A DNA stretch of 64,000 nt from positions 32,001-96,000 of the forward strand of contig CAWFKQ010000014.1 in the NCBI GenBank assembly GCA_963816395.1, given 5' to 3'. How positions within the stretch are numbered: position 1 is the first letter of the stretch; each line of letters begins with the position of its first letter. The DNA is from an uncultured delta proteobacterium (lineage in GTDB: Bacteria > Desulfobacterota > Desulfuromonadia > Desulfuromonadales > JACZKF01). The notes beneath the pieces were generated by a model, which did not search any database, was not told where the DNA came from, and saw only the letters and a program-made list of their open reading frames with translations. A program made the position numbers and the translations under genes. Shown here in pieces: positions 55,353 through 64,000 of this stretch.

Positions 55353-56534
55353 ATGAAATCCGCACAACTTCTGGCCCTTCTTCTGGCAATTATGGTAGTG
55401 GCCGCCAGCGTCCCGGCGTCGGCCGCCATTACCCTCTATGACAAGGAAGGATTGACCTTCTCGGCCGACGGCTCCTTCAACACCTTCTACGTCTTCAGCG
55501 ACAGCCAGAAGAACGATGAGATGGAGGCACTGCTGGGGATCCCGGACCGCCAGCAGTCCCGGGTCAAAATGGGCTTCCTGCCCAACTGGATCGGCTTCAA
55601 TTTCAGCAAGCAGCTGGGCAACATGAAGGTGGGCGGCCGCTCTTCCTTCTGGGTGAGCATCAACGACAGTCAGGAAATCGACGGCTCGCACGGTCTTACC
55701 GACAGCCTGATCGATATCCGCCAGTTCTACGGCACCGTGGACGGCTCCTGGGGTCAGGTCCTGTTCGGCAAGGACTTCGGCCTGTTCAACCGTTCCAATA
55801 TTTTTCTTGACGAAATTCTGCTCGGCTACGGCAATGTGAGCGACACCCTGGGGCTGATCAACGGCACCGATGTGTCCTTCGGCGACATCGGCACCGGCTA
55901 CACCTATCCTATGCCTACGGCGCAGATCACCTACCGCACCCCCGAGCTGGCCGGACTCAAGCTGGCGATCGGCCTGCTCGACCCGGCCTTTACCACCGGC
56001 AATGACGGAGAAGAGAAGGCGCCGCGGCTCGAAGGGGAACTGACCTACAACCACACCTTCGGCCCCGCCGCCGTGACCGCCTGGGTCGGCTTTCTCGCCC
56101 AGAACTCCACCAGCGATACGGCCGATGACGTCAATTCCCGGGGCGTCTCCTATGGTGTCCGGGCGAGTATGTCCGGCCTGGCCCTGCACGCCTCCGGCTT
56201 CACCGCCAAAGGGGTCGGTTTCCTCCTCGGCCCCGGTCCGGATACCGCTCTCGGCTTTCCGCTCACCCAGGGAGGGGATGAAGTCGACAGCGACGGCTAT
56301 CTCCTGCAGGCCGCCTATACCTACGGGCCGTCCCGGCTGGTCGCCTCCTACGGCAAGAACAAGTTCGACTCCTCCCCGGATGAGTGGGATAACTGGACCG
56401 CGACCGGCGCCTATTTCTATACCTTCAACGACTACCTCAAGCTGGTGGCCGAGTACAATGTCAATAAGATCTCGATCGGCAGTGCCGAAGAGAAAACCAA
56501 TACGGGCGCTGTGGGCGCCATCCTCAACTTCTGA
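55353..56534 (+). CDS. Outer-membrane porin
   Basis: Signal peptide, SRVKMGFLP, RQFYGTV, GKDFGLF, C-terminal GAILNF. Confidence 0.85.
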   Translation: MKSAQLLALLLAIMVVAASVPASAAITLYDKEGLTFSADGSFNTFYVFSDSQKNDEMEALLGIPDRQQSRVKMGFLPNWIGFNFSKQLGNMKVGGRSSFWVSINDSQEIDGSHGLTDSLIDIRQFYGTVDGSWGQVLFGKDFGLFNRSNIFLDEILLGYGNVSDTLGLINGTDVSFGDIGTGYTYPMPTAQITYRTPELAGLKLAIGLLDPAFTTGNDGEEKAPRLEGELTYNHTFGPAAVTAWVGFLAQNSTSDTADDVNSRGVSYGVRASMSGLALHASGFTAKGVGFLLGPGPDTALGFPLTQGGDEVDSDGYLLQAAYTYGPSRLVASYGKNKFDSSPDEWDNWTATGAYFYTFNDYLKLVAEYNVNKISIGSAEEKTNTGAVGAILNF

Positions 56535-56551
56535 CCCGAGAGCTGTCAAGG

Positions 56552-56592
56552 CGGACCGGCTGCCGGAGGAAAATCCTCCGGCAGCCGGTCCG
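56552..56592 (+). terminator. Long perfect hairpin after the porin gene
   Basis: CGGACCGGCTGCCGGAGGA-AAA-TCCTCCGGCAGCCGGTCCG. Confidence 0.65.
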
Positions 56593-56620
56593 ACCGTCTG
56601 GCCGAAAATTAGGATATTTC

Positions 56621-56854
56621 ATGGACATACCATCGAGCGCAGATCCCGTCTGGCGGGACATCATCACCGGCAAGGTCAAAATCCAGTTTGACCTGGTCGC
56701 CGTGAAAATTCTCCATGGCGCCCTGACGCGCAGCTTTGCCCGGGATCCTTCCCCGCGCCGGCTGGAAAAATGCGCCGCCGATCTGCGGGAATTTTTCGTG
56801 CAGAATGCGCAGCAACCCGCGGCGCAGGCGGACCTGAAGAAAATCGGCGGCTAG
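56621..56854 (+). CDS. Hypothetical protein (77 aa)
   Basis: Plausible ORF MDIPSSADPVWRDIITG..., 6 nt upstream of the next gene. Confidence 0.6.
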   Translation: MDIPSSADPVWRDIITGKVKIQFDLVAVKILHGALTRSFARDPSPRRLEKCAADLREFFVQNAQQPAAQADLKKIGG

Positions 56855-56860
56855 GAGGTT

Positions 56861-57896
56861 TTGGCGGTGCTTGCAGCAATGTCCTCCGTACACGAGGCCA
56901 GGGAAAAAATCCTGCAGGGGAGGAAGCTCCTGCTGGCAGGCGACGAGCGCCTGCTCGCGCAGCTGCCACCCGGCCAGTGGATCGGCGGCACCATCGCCTA
57001 TTTCATGACGGAACAGGGCGGCCTGTGCACCAGGGAGAGGCTTCACGTCACGGAACTTCCCGACTTCATCGGCGATATCAGCATCCGCCGCTACGATGAA
57101 CGGAGCATCGACAGCATCTACCGGGATGCGCCGAAAAACGGCTTCAGCATCATCATCATTCCGGGCCGCTCCAGGCTGCACTTCTCCTTTGCCCTGAATG
57201 CCCCCAGTTACGAGGGATTCGCCCATCATCCTCTGATCGGCTGGATCTCCGGGGTTCATCTGGACGATCTGGGCAAGGAATCGCCCAAAGTCTTCGACGG
57301 CCGAACGGCCGAAGCTCTGGCCGAAGGGGCCATTGTCATGCACGTGCCGCTGCCGAAGAGCAAATTTGCCGATATCGGCATCATCAATATCTTCGAGCAG
57401 GGGGAAGGCGACACCATCGAGTTTCCGGCCGACGGCTTCAGCGCCCGGGAGGCCCGCATCAACGGCAGAAAGGGAAATTTCGGCCGTTATATCTTTGAAA
57501 ATCGTTTCGACAAACGCCTGCCGCTGGTCGCGGATTTCCACGGGCTGCGCATCAATACCAGCTTCCGCGAGGGAGATGAGCTGGAGACGGAGGTCGAATT
57601 CTACGCCCCGGTGTTCAGCGGTCTGCTCTACAAGCACGCCCGGCCGGTGCAAGACTACGTGAACCGGTTTCATCGGCCAGTTGCCGGACGGCAGCGGACA
57701 TCAGATTCTCTTCGCCTGCAACTGCATCCTGAACTATCTCTACTCGGAACTGGAGGGAAAACAGATCGCCGGGATCACCGGCCCGACCACCTTCGGTGAA
57801 ATCGCCTATCTGCTGCTGAATCAGACCATGGTCTACCTGCGGATCATCGATCTGCCGCCCGAACCTGAATTTCCGAACTCGCCTCCAGCCGGTTGA
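56861..57896 (+). CDS. FIST-like (DUF6976-type) protein, frameshift near 57670
   Basis: LLLAGDE..LPPGQWIGGTIAYFM, GWISG, FYAPVF, CNCILNYLY, GPTTFGEIAY.LLNQT. Confidence 0.75.
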
Positions 57897-58070
57897 ACGA
57901 CCGGGTGGAAGCGGGAAAACAGAGCCTCCTGGCTCGTCTCTCCTCAATTGGGGGGAAACCTCGCGTTTCCCCCATTTTTTTGCGGCCGGCCCGCACCCCC
58001 GCACCTCCCTCCTGGATTCAGCCGGCTCTGACCTGAGGAATTATGACACAACCGCCGCCGGAGCACCCGG

Positions 58071-58123
58071 CAACGGGAATTAGCCCGACGGAGAAGAATT
58101 CCCCAATGGGGAACTTTCGAACA
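58071..58123. promoter_or_regulatory. Putative UAS array
   Basis: CGGAGAAGAATTCCCCA (58089) and TGGGGAACTTTCGAACA (58107), with a weaker copy at 58071; 18-bp period. Confidence 0.6.
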
Positions 58124-58289
58124 TTCCTATTCCGGGCCTCCCCATTTCCGGATTAAAAAGTCGCGGCACCGCCCTTTCCGCGGCGCTCGAAGTCGCCTCA
58201 TGATTAACCCAACCCTCTGTTTTTACCTATTTCGTTCGTCGTCGGTGCGCTGCCGCGGGCATTTCCCCCACCTCCCATTTCCTGCTCTT

Positions 58290-58305
58290 TGGCGCGGGTT
58301 TTGCT
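58290..58305 (+). promoter_or_regulatory. sigma54 promoter
   Basis: TGGCGCGGGTTTTGCT, 65 nt before ATG 58371. Confidence 0.7.
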
Positions 58306-58370
58306 GCGGTACCTTCACCGTCTGCCATTCGGCGATTCGGCCGGCGCCACCTTCAAATTCGGTTTTCAGC

Positions 58371-59696
58371 ATGGCCATTATTACCAAAATCCAAAAGACC
58401 TCTGAGCATCCCGCCGAGCGGGAATATCCTTCCCGGCTCTTCGTGGAGACCACCTCGCGCTGCAATCTCAACTGCTTCATGTGCGTCAAGCAGACGCCGA
58501 AGAACGGCATCCGGGAGGGGGACCTCGCGCCGGAGCTCTTTCAGGCGCTGGCGCCGGCCTGGCCGCACCTGGAAGCGCTGGTGCTGAACGGCATCGGCGA
58601 GCCTCTCCTGCACCCCCGCCTGGAGGAGTTCATCCGCCTGGCCCGGCGGGAAGTGCCGGCGGACTGCTGGATCGGCTTTCAGTCGAATGGGCTCTTGCTG
58701 AACGGCCAGCGAGCCCTCGCCCTCGTCCGGGCGGGGCTCGACCGGGTCTGCCTCTCCCTCGATTCAGTGTCGCCGGAGAACTTCCGCCGGGTTCGCGAGG
58801 GGGGCGAGCTGAGCGCGGTCGAACGCGCCCTCGCCGCCCTGGCCGCCGCCCGGCGCGAAGCCCGGCCGGAGTTGCAGGTGGGAGTGGAATTCGTCCTGAT
58901 GCGGGACAATCTCCATGAGCTGCCGGCGGTGGTCGAGTGGGCGGCGGCCCGGGGGGCGGCTTTCGTCATCGTCACCCACATGCTCCCCTACGATGGCGCG
59001 CACGCCGCCCAGGCCGCCTATGAATTGTGCACCGACGCGGCCATCGAGCTGTTCGGCCGCTGGGAACAGAAGGCCCGGCTGGCCGGAGTGGATATCCGCC
59101 GCTATTTCGAAGTCCTCTGGAAATACTGCAAGAGCCCCGAGGAGCAGCGCATCATCGGCTTCATCAACGGGATGAAGGCGGAAGCGGAAAGCCGCCAGAT
59201 GACCCTGGAGCTGAAGAAGCTGCTGGCCCACGATCTGGAGTGGCTGCAGCGGATGCGGGACGTCTTCGCCGAAACGCGGCTGGCCGCCGCAGCCGCCGGT
59301 CTCGATCTGCGCCTGCCGGAGAGCGTTCCGACGGAAGAGCGCCGGTGCCAGTTCATCGAGGACGGCAGCGCCTTTGTCGCCTGGAATGGCGATGTCCACC
59401 CCTGCTATTTCCTCTGGCACCGCTACAACTGCCATGCCAGCGGCTGGGACCAGAAGGTCCAACCGAGGGCATTCGGCAACCTTGCCGGCGCCAGCTTGAA
59501 AGAGATCTGGGATGGGGAGCCGTTTCGCGCCTTCCGGAATAATGTCCGCACCTACAACTATCCCTCTTGCGCCAGTTGCAGTCTCGCCCCCTGCGACTAC
59601 GTGCAGACCGAGGAATTCGAACAGGACTGCCACATCAAGGCAGAGCCGTGCGGCAGCTGCCTCTGGTGCATGGGTCTCTTCCAGTGCCTGCGCTAA
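58371..59696 (+). CDS. Radical SAM/SPASM putative metalloenzyme (tungsten enzyme-associated) maturase
   Basis: PSRLFVETTSRCNLNCFMCVKQ, LNGIGEPLLHP, CQFIEDG, HPCYFLWH, Cys-rich tail CASCSLAPCD...PCGSCLWCMGLFQCL. Confidence 0.85.
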   Translation: MAIITKIQKTSEHPAEREYPSRLFVETTSRCNLNCFMCVKQTPKNGIREGDLAPELFQALAPAWPHLEALVLNGIGEPLLHPRLEEFIRLARREVPADCWIGFQSNGLLLNGQRALALVRAGLDRVCLSLDSVSPENFRRVREGGELSAVERALAALAAARREARPELQVGVEFVLMRDNLHELPAVVEWAAARGAAFVIVTHMLPYDGAHAAQAAYELCTDAAIELFGRWEQKARLAGVDIRRYFEVLWKYCKSPEEQRIIGFINGMKAEAESRQMTLELKKLLAHDLEWLQRMRDVFAETRLAAAAAGLDLRLPESVPTEERRCQFIEDGSAFVAWNGDVHPCYFLWHRYNCHASGWDQKVQPRAFGNLAGASLKEIWDGEPFRAFRNNVRTYNYPSCASCSLAPCDYVQTEEFEQDCHIKAEPCGSCLWCMGLFQCLR

Positions 59697-59853
59697 AGGC
59701 CGGAGATGGCGGATTAATGCCTCAATTAAATTGTTCTTAAAGTAAATATTACCATAAGTTCACTTGCCTTTAATCCCCCGCAGGTATAAGAATCAAATCC
59801 TTTTCGGTTGCAGTTGTCTTACGAGCCCGCCAGTCGCCAGAAAGGCAAAACCC

Positions 59854-60438
59854 TTGAACCAGAGCAAAATCTTTCTTTCCCGAACAGCCACCAACCGGGA
59901 TTTCCGCAGGGAGGTGGAAGCCCTGTCCGGAACTTCAGCCCAACACTGTTTCCAATGCGGCAAATGCTCGGCCGGGTGTCCGATGCGCTCCTTCATGGAG
60001 CATCCGCCCAACCGCCTCCTCCGCTTCCTTCAGCTCGGCCAACGCGAACAGCTGCTCGCCGGCCGCTCCATCTGGTACTGCGCTTCCTGCGAAACCTGCA
60101 CCACGCGCTGTCCCAACGGGGTGGACCTGGCGGCCATCATGGATGCCCTGCGGCAGCTGTGGTGGGAGAGTCAGGGGCGTTCCGAAGAGAGTGAGGTGCA
60201 GCTGGCCAACCGGCTGTTCATCGAGAATATCCGCCGCTACGGCCGGCAGCACGAGATGCGCCTGGGCGCCCTGTTCAACCTGAAGAGCGGCAAACTGTTC
60301 AAGGATCTCACCCTGGGACCGAAACTCCTCGCCCGCGGCAAGCTCAAGCTTTCCCAGGGCAGGAACCGTAACCTCGCCGAGATTGAACAGATTTTCGCCC
60401 GCATCGAGAAGATGCGGCAGAAAGGACAGACCCCGTGA
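59854..60438 (+). CDS. hdrC: Heterodisulfide reductase subunit C-like
   Basis: CFQCGKCSAGCP, IWYCASCETCTTRCP. Confidence 0.9.
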   Translation: MNQSKIFLSRTATNRDFRREVEALSGTSAQHCFQCGKCSAGCPMRSFMEHPPNRLLRFLQLGQREQLLAGRSIWYCASCETCTTRCPNGVDLAAIMDALRQLWWESQGRSEESEVQLANRLFIENIRRYGRQHEMRLGALFNLKSGKLFKDLTLGPKLLARGKLKLSQGRNRNLAEIEQIFARIEKMRQKGQTP

Positions 60439-61326
60439 GCGGCCTCAACACCGCCCTGAACTACGGGTACTATCCCGGTTGCTCGCTGCACGCCTCGGCC
60501 CGGGAGTACGACCAGTCCACCCGCGCGCTGTTCGGCGCCCTGGGGATCACTCGTTACCGAGGTGCCCGACTGGCTGTGCTGCGGCGCGACCCCGGCGCAC
60601 AACGTCGACGAACTCCTCTCGCTGTCGCTCTGCGCCAAGAACCTGGTGCAGGCCGAATCGGTGCCGGGGGACCTGGCGGTACCGTGCGCCGCCTGCTTTT
60701 CGCGCCTGAAGACCACCCAGCACGAACTGGCCGGCGACGCGGCCAAGCGCAGCCAGGTGGGACGGGCCATCGACGGGCCGGTGCCGCTGGGGAAAAAGGT
60801 CAAACACCTGCTGGAGATCCTGGACGGCGACTACGGCCTGGAGCGGCTGTCGGCCGCGGTGAAAAAGCCCCTGACGGGGCTGAAAGTCGCCTGCTATTAC
60901 GGCTGCCTGCTCACCCGCCCCCCCGGCGTACCGCAACTCGACGACGCCGAGGCGCCGACCATCATGGAGCGGATCATCGAAGCGGCCGGGGCGCAGACCG
61001 TCCCCTGGAGCCACCGGCTGGAATGCTGCGGGGCCAGCTTCACCTTGTCGCGTCCGGCGGTGATCCTCAAGCTTACCGGCGATATTCTCGCCGCCGCCAG
61101 GGAGGCCGGCGCCGACTGCGTGATGGTCGCCTGTCCGCTTTGCCAGGGGAACCTGGACCTGCGCCAGCAGGAAGTGGAGAGGGCGAACGGCGCCCGCTAC
61201 GGGCTTCCCGCCCTCTATCTCACCCAGTTGCTCGGCCTGGCGGTGGGAACCCCCGCCGCCCGGCTCGGCCTGGACAGTCTTCTGGTCAGCCCCCTGGGCC
61301 TCTTGCAGGAAAAAGGACTGTTGTAG
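60435..61326 (+). CDS. hdrB: Heterodisulfide reductase subunit B-like (frameshift near 60550)
   Basis: YYPGCSLH, WLCCGA, YYGCLLTRP, ECCGAS, ACPLCQGNLD. Confidence 0.9.
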
Positions 61327-61379
61327 GGGCAGGCCTTGTGCCTGCCCTGATTCGGGCAACCACCAGGGTTGCCCCTACG
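61323..61379. repeat. GTAG-type REP-like palindrome
   Basis: GTAGGGGCAGGC...GCCTGCCC...GGGCAACC...GGTTGCCCCTAC. Confidence 0.7.
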
Positions 61380-61390
61380 GGAATTCACAT

Positions 61391-63389
61391 ATGTCACGAA
61401 TCGGTGTTTTTGTCTGTCACTGCGGGGAGAACATCTCCCGTACCGTCGACGTGGAGAAGGTGGCGGCGGCCGCTGCAGCGCTGCCCGGGGTCGCCTTCGC
61501 CACCGACTACAAGTACATGTGTTCCGACCCCGGCCAGAGCCTGCTCAAGAAGGCGATTGCCGAGCACCGGCTCGACGGGGTGGTGGTCGCCGCCTGCTCG
61601 CCGCGCATGCACGAGAAGACCTTCCGCAATGCCTCCAAGGCGGCCGGGCTCAATCCCTTTCCTGTGCGAGATGGCCAACATCCGCGAGCACTGCTCCTGG
61701 GTGCACGAAGACCGTGCGGAGGCGACCGCCAAGGCCACCGACATCGTCCAGATGATGACGGCGCGGGTGAAAAAGGGGAGCAAGCTGACGGAGATCACCG
61801 TCCCGCTCACCAAACGGGCGCTGGTCATCGGCGGCGGCATCGCCGGCATCCAGGCGGCCCTCGACATCGCCGACGCCGGCCATCAGGTGGTGCTGGTCGA
61901 GCGCGAGCCGTCCATCGGCGGGCACATGGCGCAGCTCTCCGAGACCTTCCCCACCCTCGACTGCTCCCAGTGCATCATGACGCCGAAGATGGTCGATGTG
62001 GCCAATCACCCCAACATCACCTTGTACACCTGGAGCGAGGTGGAGAAGGTCGAGGGCTACATCGGCAACTTCCAGGTGACGGTGCGCCGGAAGGCCCGCT
62101 CGGTCGACGAGGAGAAGTGCACCGGCTGCGGCCTCTGCAGCGCCAAGTGCCCGCAGAAGAAGATCCCCAACTCCTTTGACCGCGACCTCGGCATGCGTTC
62201 GGCCATCTACGTCCCCTTTCCGCAGGCGGTCCCCAATACGCCGGTGCTCGACCGGGAGCACTGCACCTGGTTCAAGACCGGCAAGTGCGGCGTCTGCAAG
62301 AAGGTGTGCGGCCCCGGCGCCGTCGACTACGACCAGCAGGACCAGCTGCTCGTCGAGCCGGTCGGCGCCATCGTCGTCGCCACCGGCTTTCAGCTCTACG
62401 ACATCGGCCGCAAGCCGGAGGGTTCTCCCTACAAGGGGTACGGCGAGTTCGGCTACGGCACCATCCCGGATGTCATCGACGGACTCACCTTCGAGCGGCT
62501 CGCCTCGGCCAGCGGCCCCACCGGCGGCGCCATCCGCCGCCCCTCCGACGGCAAGGAACCCAAGGAGGTGGTCTTCATCCAGTGCGTCGGCTCCCGGGCG
62601 CGCGAGAAGGGGATCTCCTACTGCTCGAAGATCTGCTGCATGTACACCGCCAAGCACACCATGCTCTACAAGCACAAGGTCCACGACGGTCAGGCTTACG
62701 TCTTTTTCATGGACGCCCGCACCCCCGGCAAGAACTACGACGAGTTCTGGCGCCGCGCCGTCGAGGAGGAAGAGGCCAATTACATCCGCGGCATGGTCTC
62801 GCGCCTCTACCGCAAGGGGGACAAGGTGGTGGTGGTCGGCAGCGACGTGATCGCCGGCACCCAGGTGGAGATCGAGGCGGACCTGGTGGTGCTGGCCACC
62901 GCCGTGCAGCCCCGCACGGGGGCCGACAGCCTGGCGCAGAAGCTCGGCATCTCCTACGACAAATACAACTTCTACAGCGAGGCGCACGCCAAGCTGAAGC
63001 CGGTCGAATGCGCCACCGCCGGCATCTACCTGGCCGGCGCCTGCCAGGGTCCCAAGGACATCCCCGAGACCGTCTCCCAGGCTTCCGCCGCCGCGGCCAA
63101 GGTGATGACCCTCTTCGCCAAGAAGCAGCTCGAGCGCGATCCGCTGGTCGCCCGGGTCAACGCGAACAACTGCACCGCCTGCTTCGCCTGCAGGAAGGTC
63201 TGCCCCTACGGCGCGGTGGAAGCCAGGGAAATCCGCGACCGGCAGGGGAACCTGCTGCGGGTGGTCGCCAGCGTCAATCCCGGCGTCTGCGGCGGCTGCG
63301 GCACCTGCCAGGCCACCTGCCCGTCCAAGTCGGTCGAACTCGACGGGTACACGGACGAGCAGATCCTCGCCATGATCGAAGCGCTGTAA
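61391..63389 (+). CDS. hdrA: Heterodisulfide reductase subunit A-like (frameshift near 61660)
   Basis: RIGVFVCHCGENI, ACSPRMHE, ANIREHCSWVH, GGGIAG, TFPTLDCSQC, YCSKICC, GACQGPKDI. Confidence 0.93.
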
Positions 63390-63446
63390 CAATTCCATCG
63401 GACCGCTCCGTCGATCCGACGGCTCGATCCGATCAGAGGAAGGCCC

Positions 63447-63950
63447 ATGCACGCTGAAAAAGTGAAGCACGACTTCGAGCCGAAAATCATCGCTTTCGTC
63501 TGCACCTGGTGCACCTACGCCGGGGCCGACCTGGCCGGCACCAGCCGCCTGCAGTACCCCGCCAACGTCCGCCTGGTGAAGTTCCCCTGCACCGGGCGCA
63601 TCGATCCGGTCTTCATCCTGCGCGCCTTCCAGAAGGGGGCCGACGGGGTTCTCGTCTCCGGCTGCCACCCGGGCGACTGCCACTACATGGCCGGCAATTT
63701 CCACGCCCGGCGCCGCTTCGCCGCTTTTCGCAAGCTGCTCGAATTCATCGGCGTCGACCTCTCCCGCCTGGAGTTTTCCTGGGTCTCGGCCGCCGAAGGG
63801 GGGAAGTGGGTGGAGGTGGTCACCGAACTGACCGAGCGGGTGCGGGAACTGGGCGTGATGGCCGAATTCAAGGAACTGGAACTGGAAGAGCAGTGGTCCG
63901 GGGCGCTCACCGAGCCGGAACTGCAGGAGGCCTATCAGGCGATTCCGTAG
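63447..63950 (+). CDS. mvhD: MvhD/FlxD-like [2Fe-2S] subunit
   Basis: FVCTWCTYAGADLAG, FPCTGR, SGCHPGDCHY, WVSAAEG. Confidence 0.9.
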   Translation: MHAEKVKHDFEPKIIAFVCTWCTYAGADLAGTSRLQYPANVRLVKFPCTGRIDPVFILRAFQKGADGVLVSGCHPGDCHYMAGNFHARRRFAAFRKLLEFIGVDLSRLEFSWVSAAEGGKWVEVVTELTERVRELGVMAEFKELELEEQWSGALTEPELQEAYQAIP

Positions 63951-64000
63951 GGTGACACCCGCATCGTTGCAGCAAACCCTGGCCGCAGACCGGGGCTCAG

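Noticed and set aside
60435..63389. 984-aa apparent HdrB-HdrA fusion
   Set aside because: Produced by frameshifts; hdrB has its own stop at 61326 and hdrA its own start at 61391.

Overview
GC-rich bacterial window, most consistent with an anaerobic deltaproteobacterium of the Desulfuromonas/Geobacter type (inferred from gene content). Many single-base indels split otherwise intact genes and look like long-read/assembly errors. Much of the window forms an apparent alcohol/aldehyde-oxidation supercluster. (i) Tungstate uptake (porin-tupABC, TaoR-like regulator), pterin-cofactor genes (moeA, moeB/thiF, moaD) and a tungsten-type aldehyde:ferredoxin oxidoreductase, with two Moco/Tuco riboswitches. 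(ii) A variant mycofactocin RiPP cluster: an unannotated 35-aa MftA ending IDGICGVY, mftB, mftC, a FadH/OYE flavoenzyme, EtfA-FixC-FixX-EtfB and mftF, with no mftD or mftE in the window. (iii) An Mno/Mdo-like nicotinoprotein Fe-ADH with MoxR AAA+ and VWA partners, an ErcA-like Fe-ADH, two paralogous kinases and a sigma54 response regulator. (iv) A DUF4242-AmiS/UreI-porin operon, two further radical SAM/SPASM enzymes and the start of an hdrCBA-mvhD/flxD cluster. Sigma54 -24/-12 promoters and a recurring 17-bp TGGGGA-N5-TCCCCA-like site in tandem pairs link these operons into one putative regulon. The window also holds dnaE2, udgX, housekeeping/accessory genes (25.7-41.5 kb), an unidentified ~150-nt structured RNA with its own sigma70-like promoter, and several short repeat elements.
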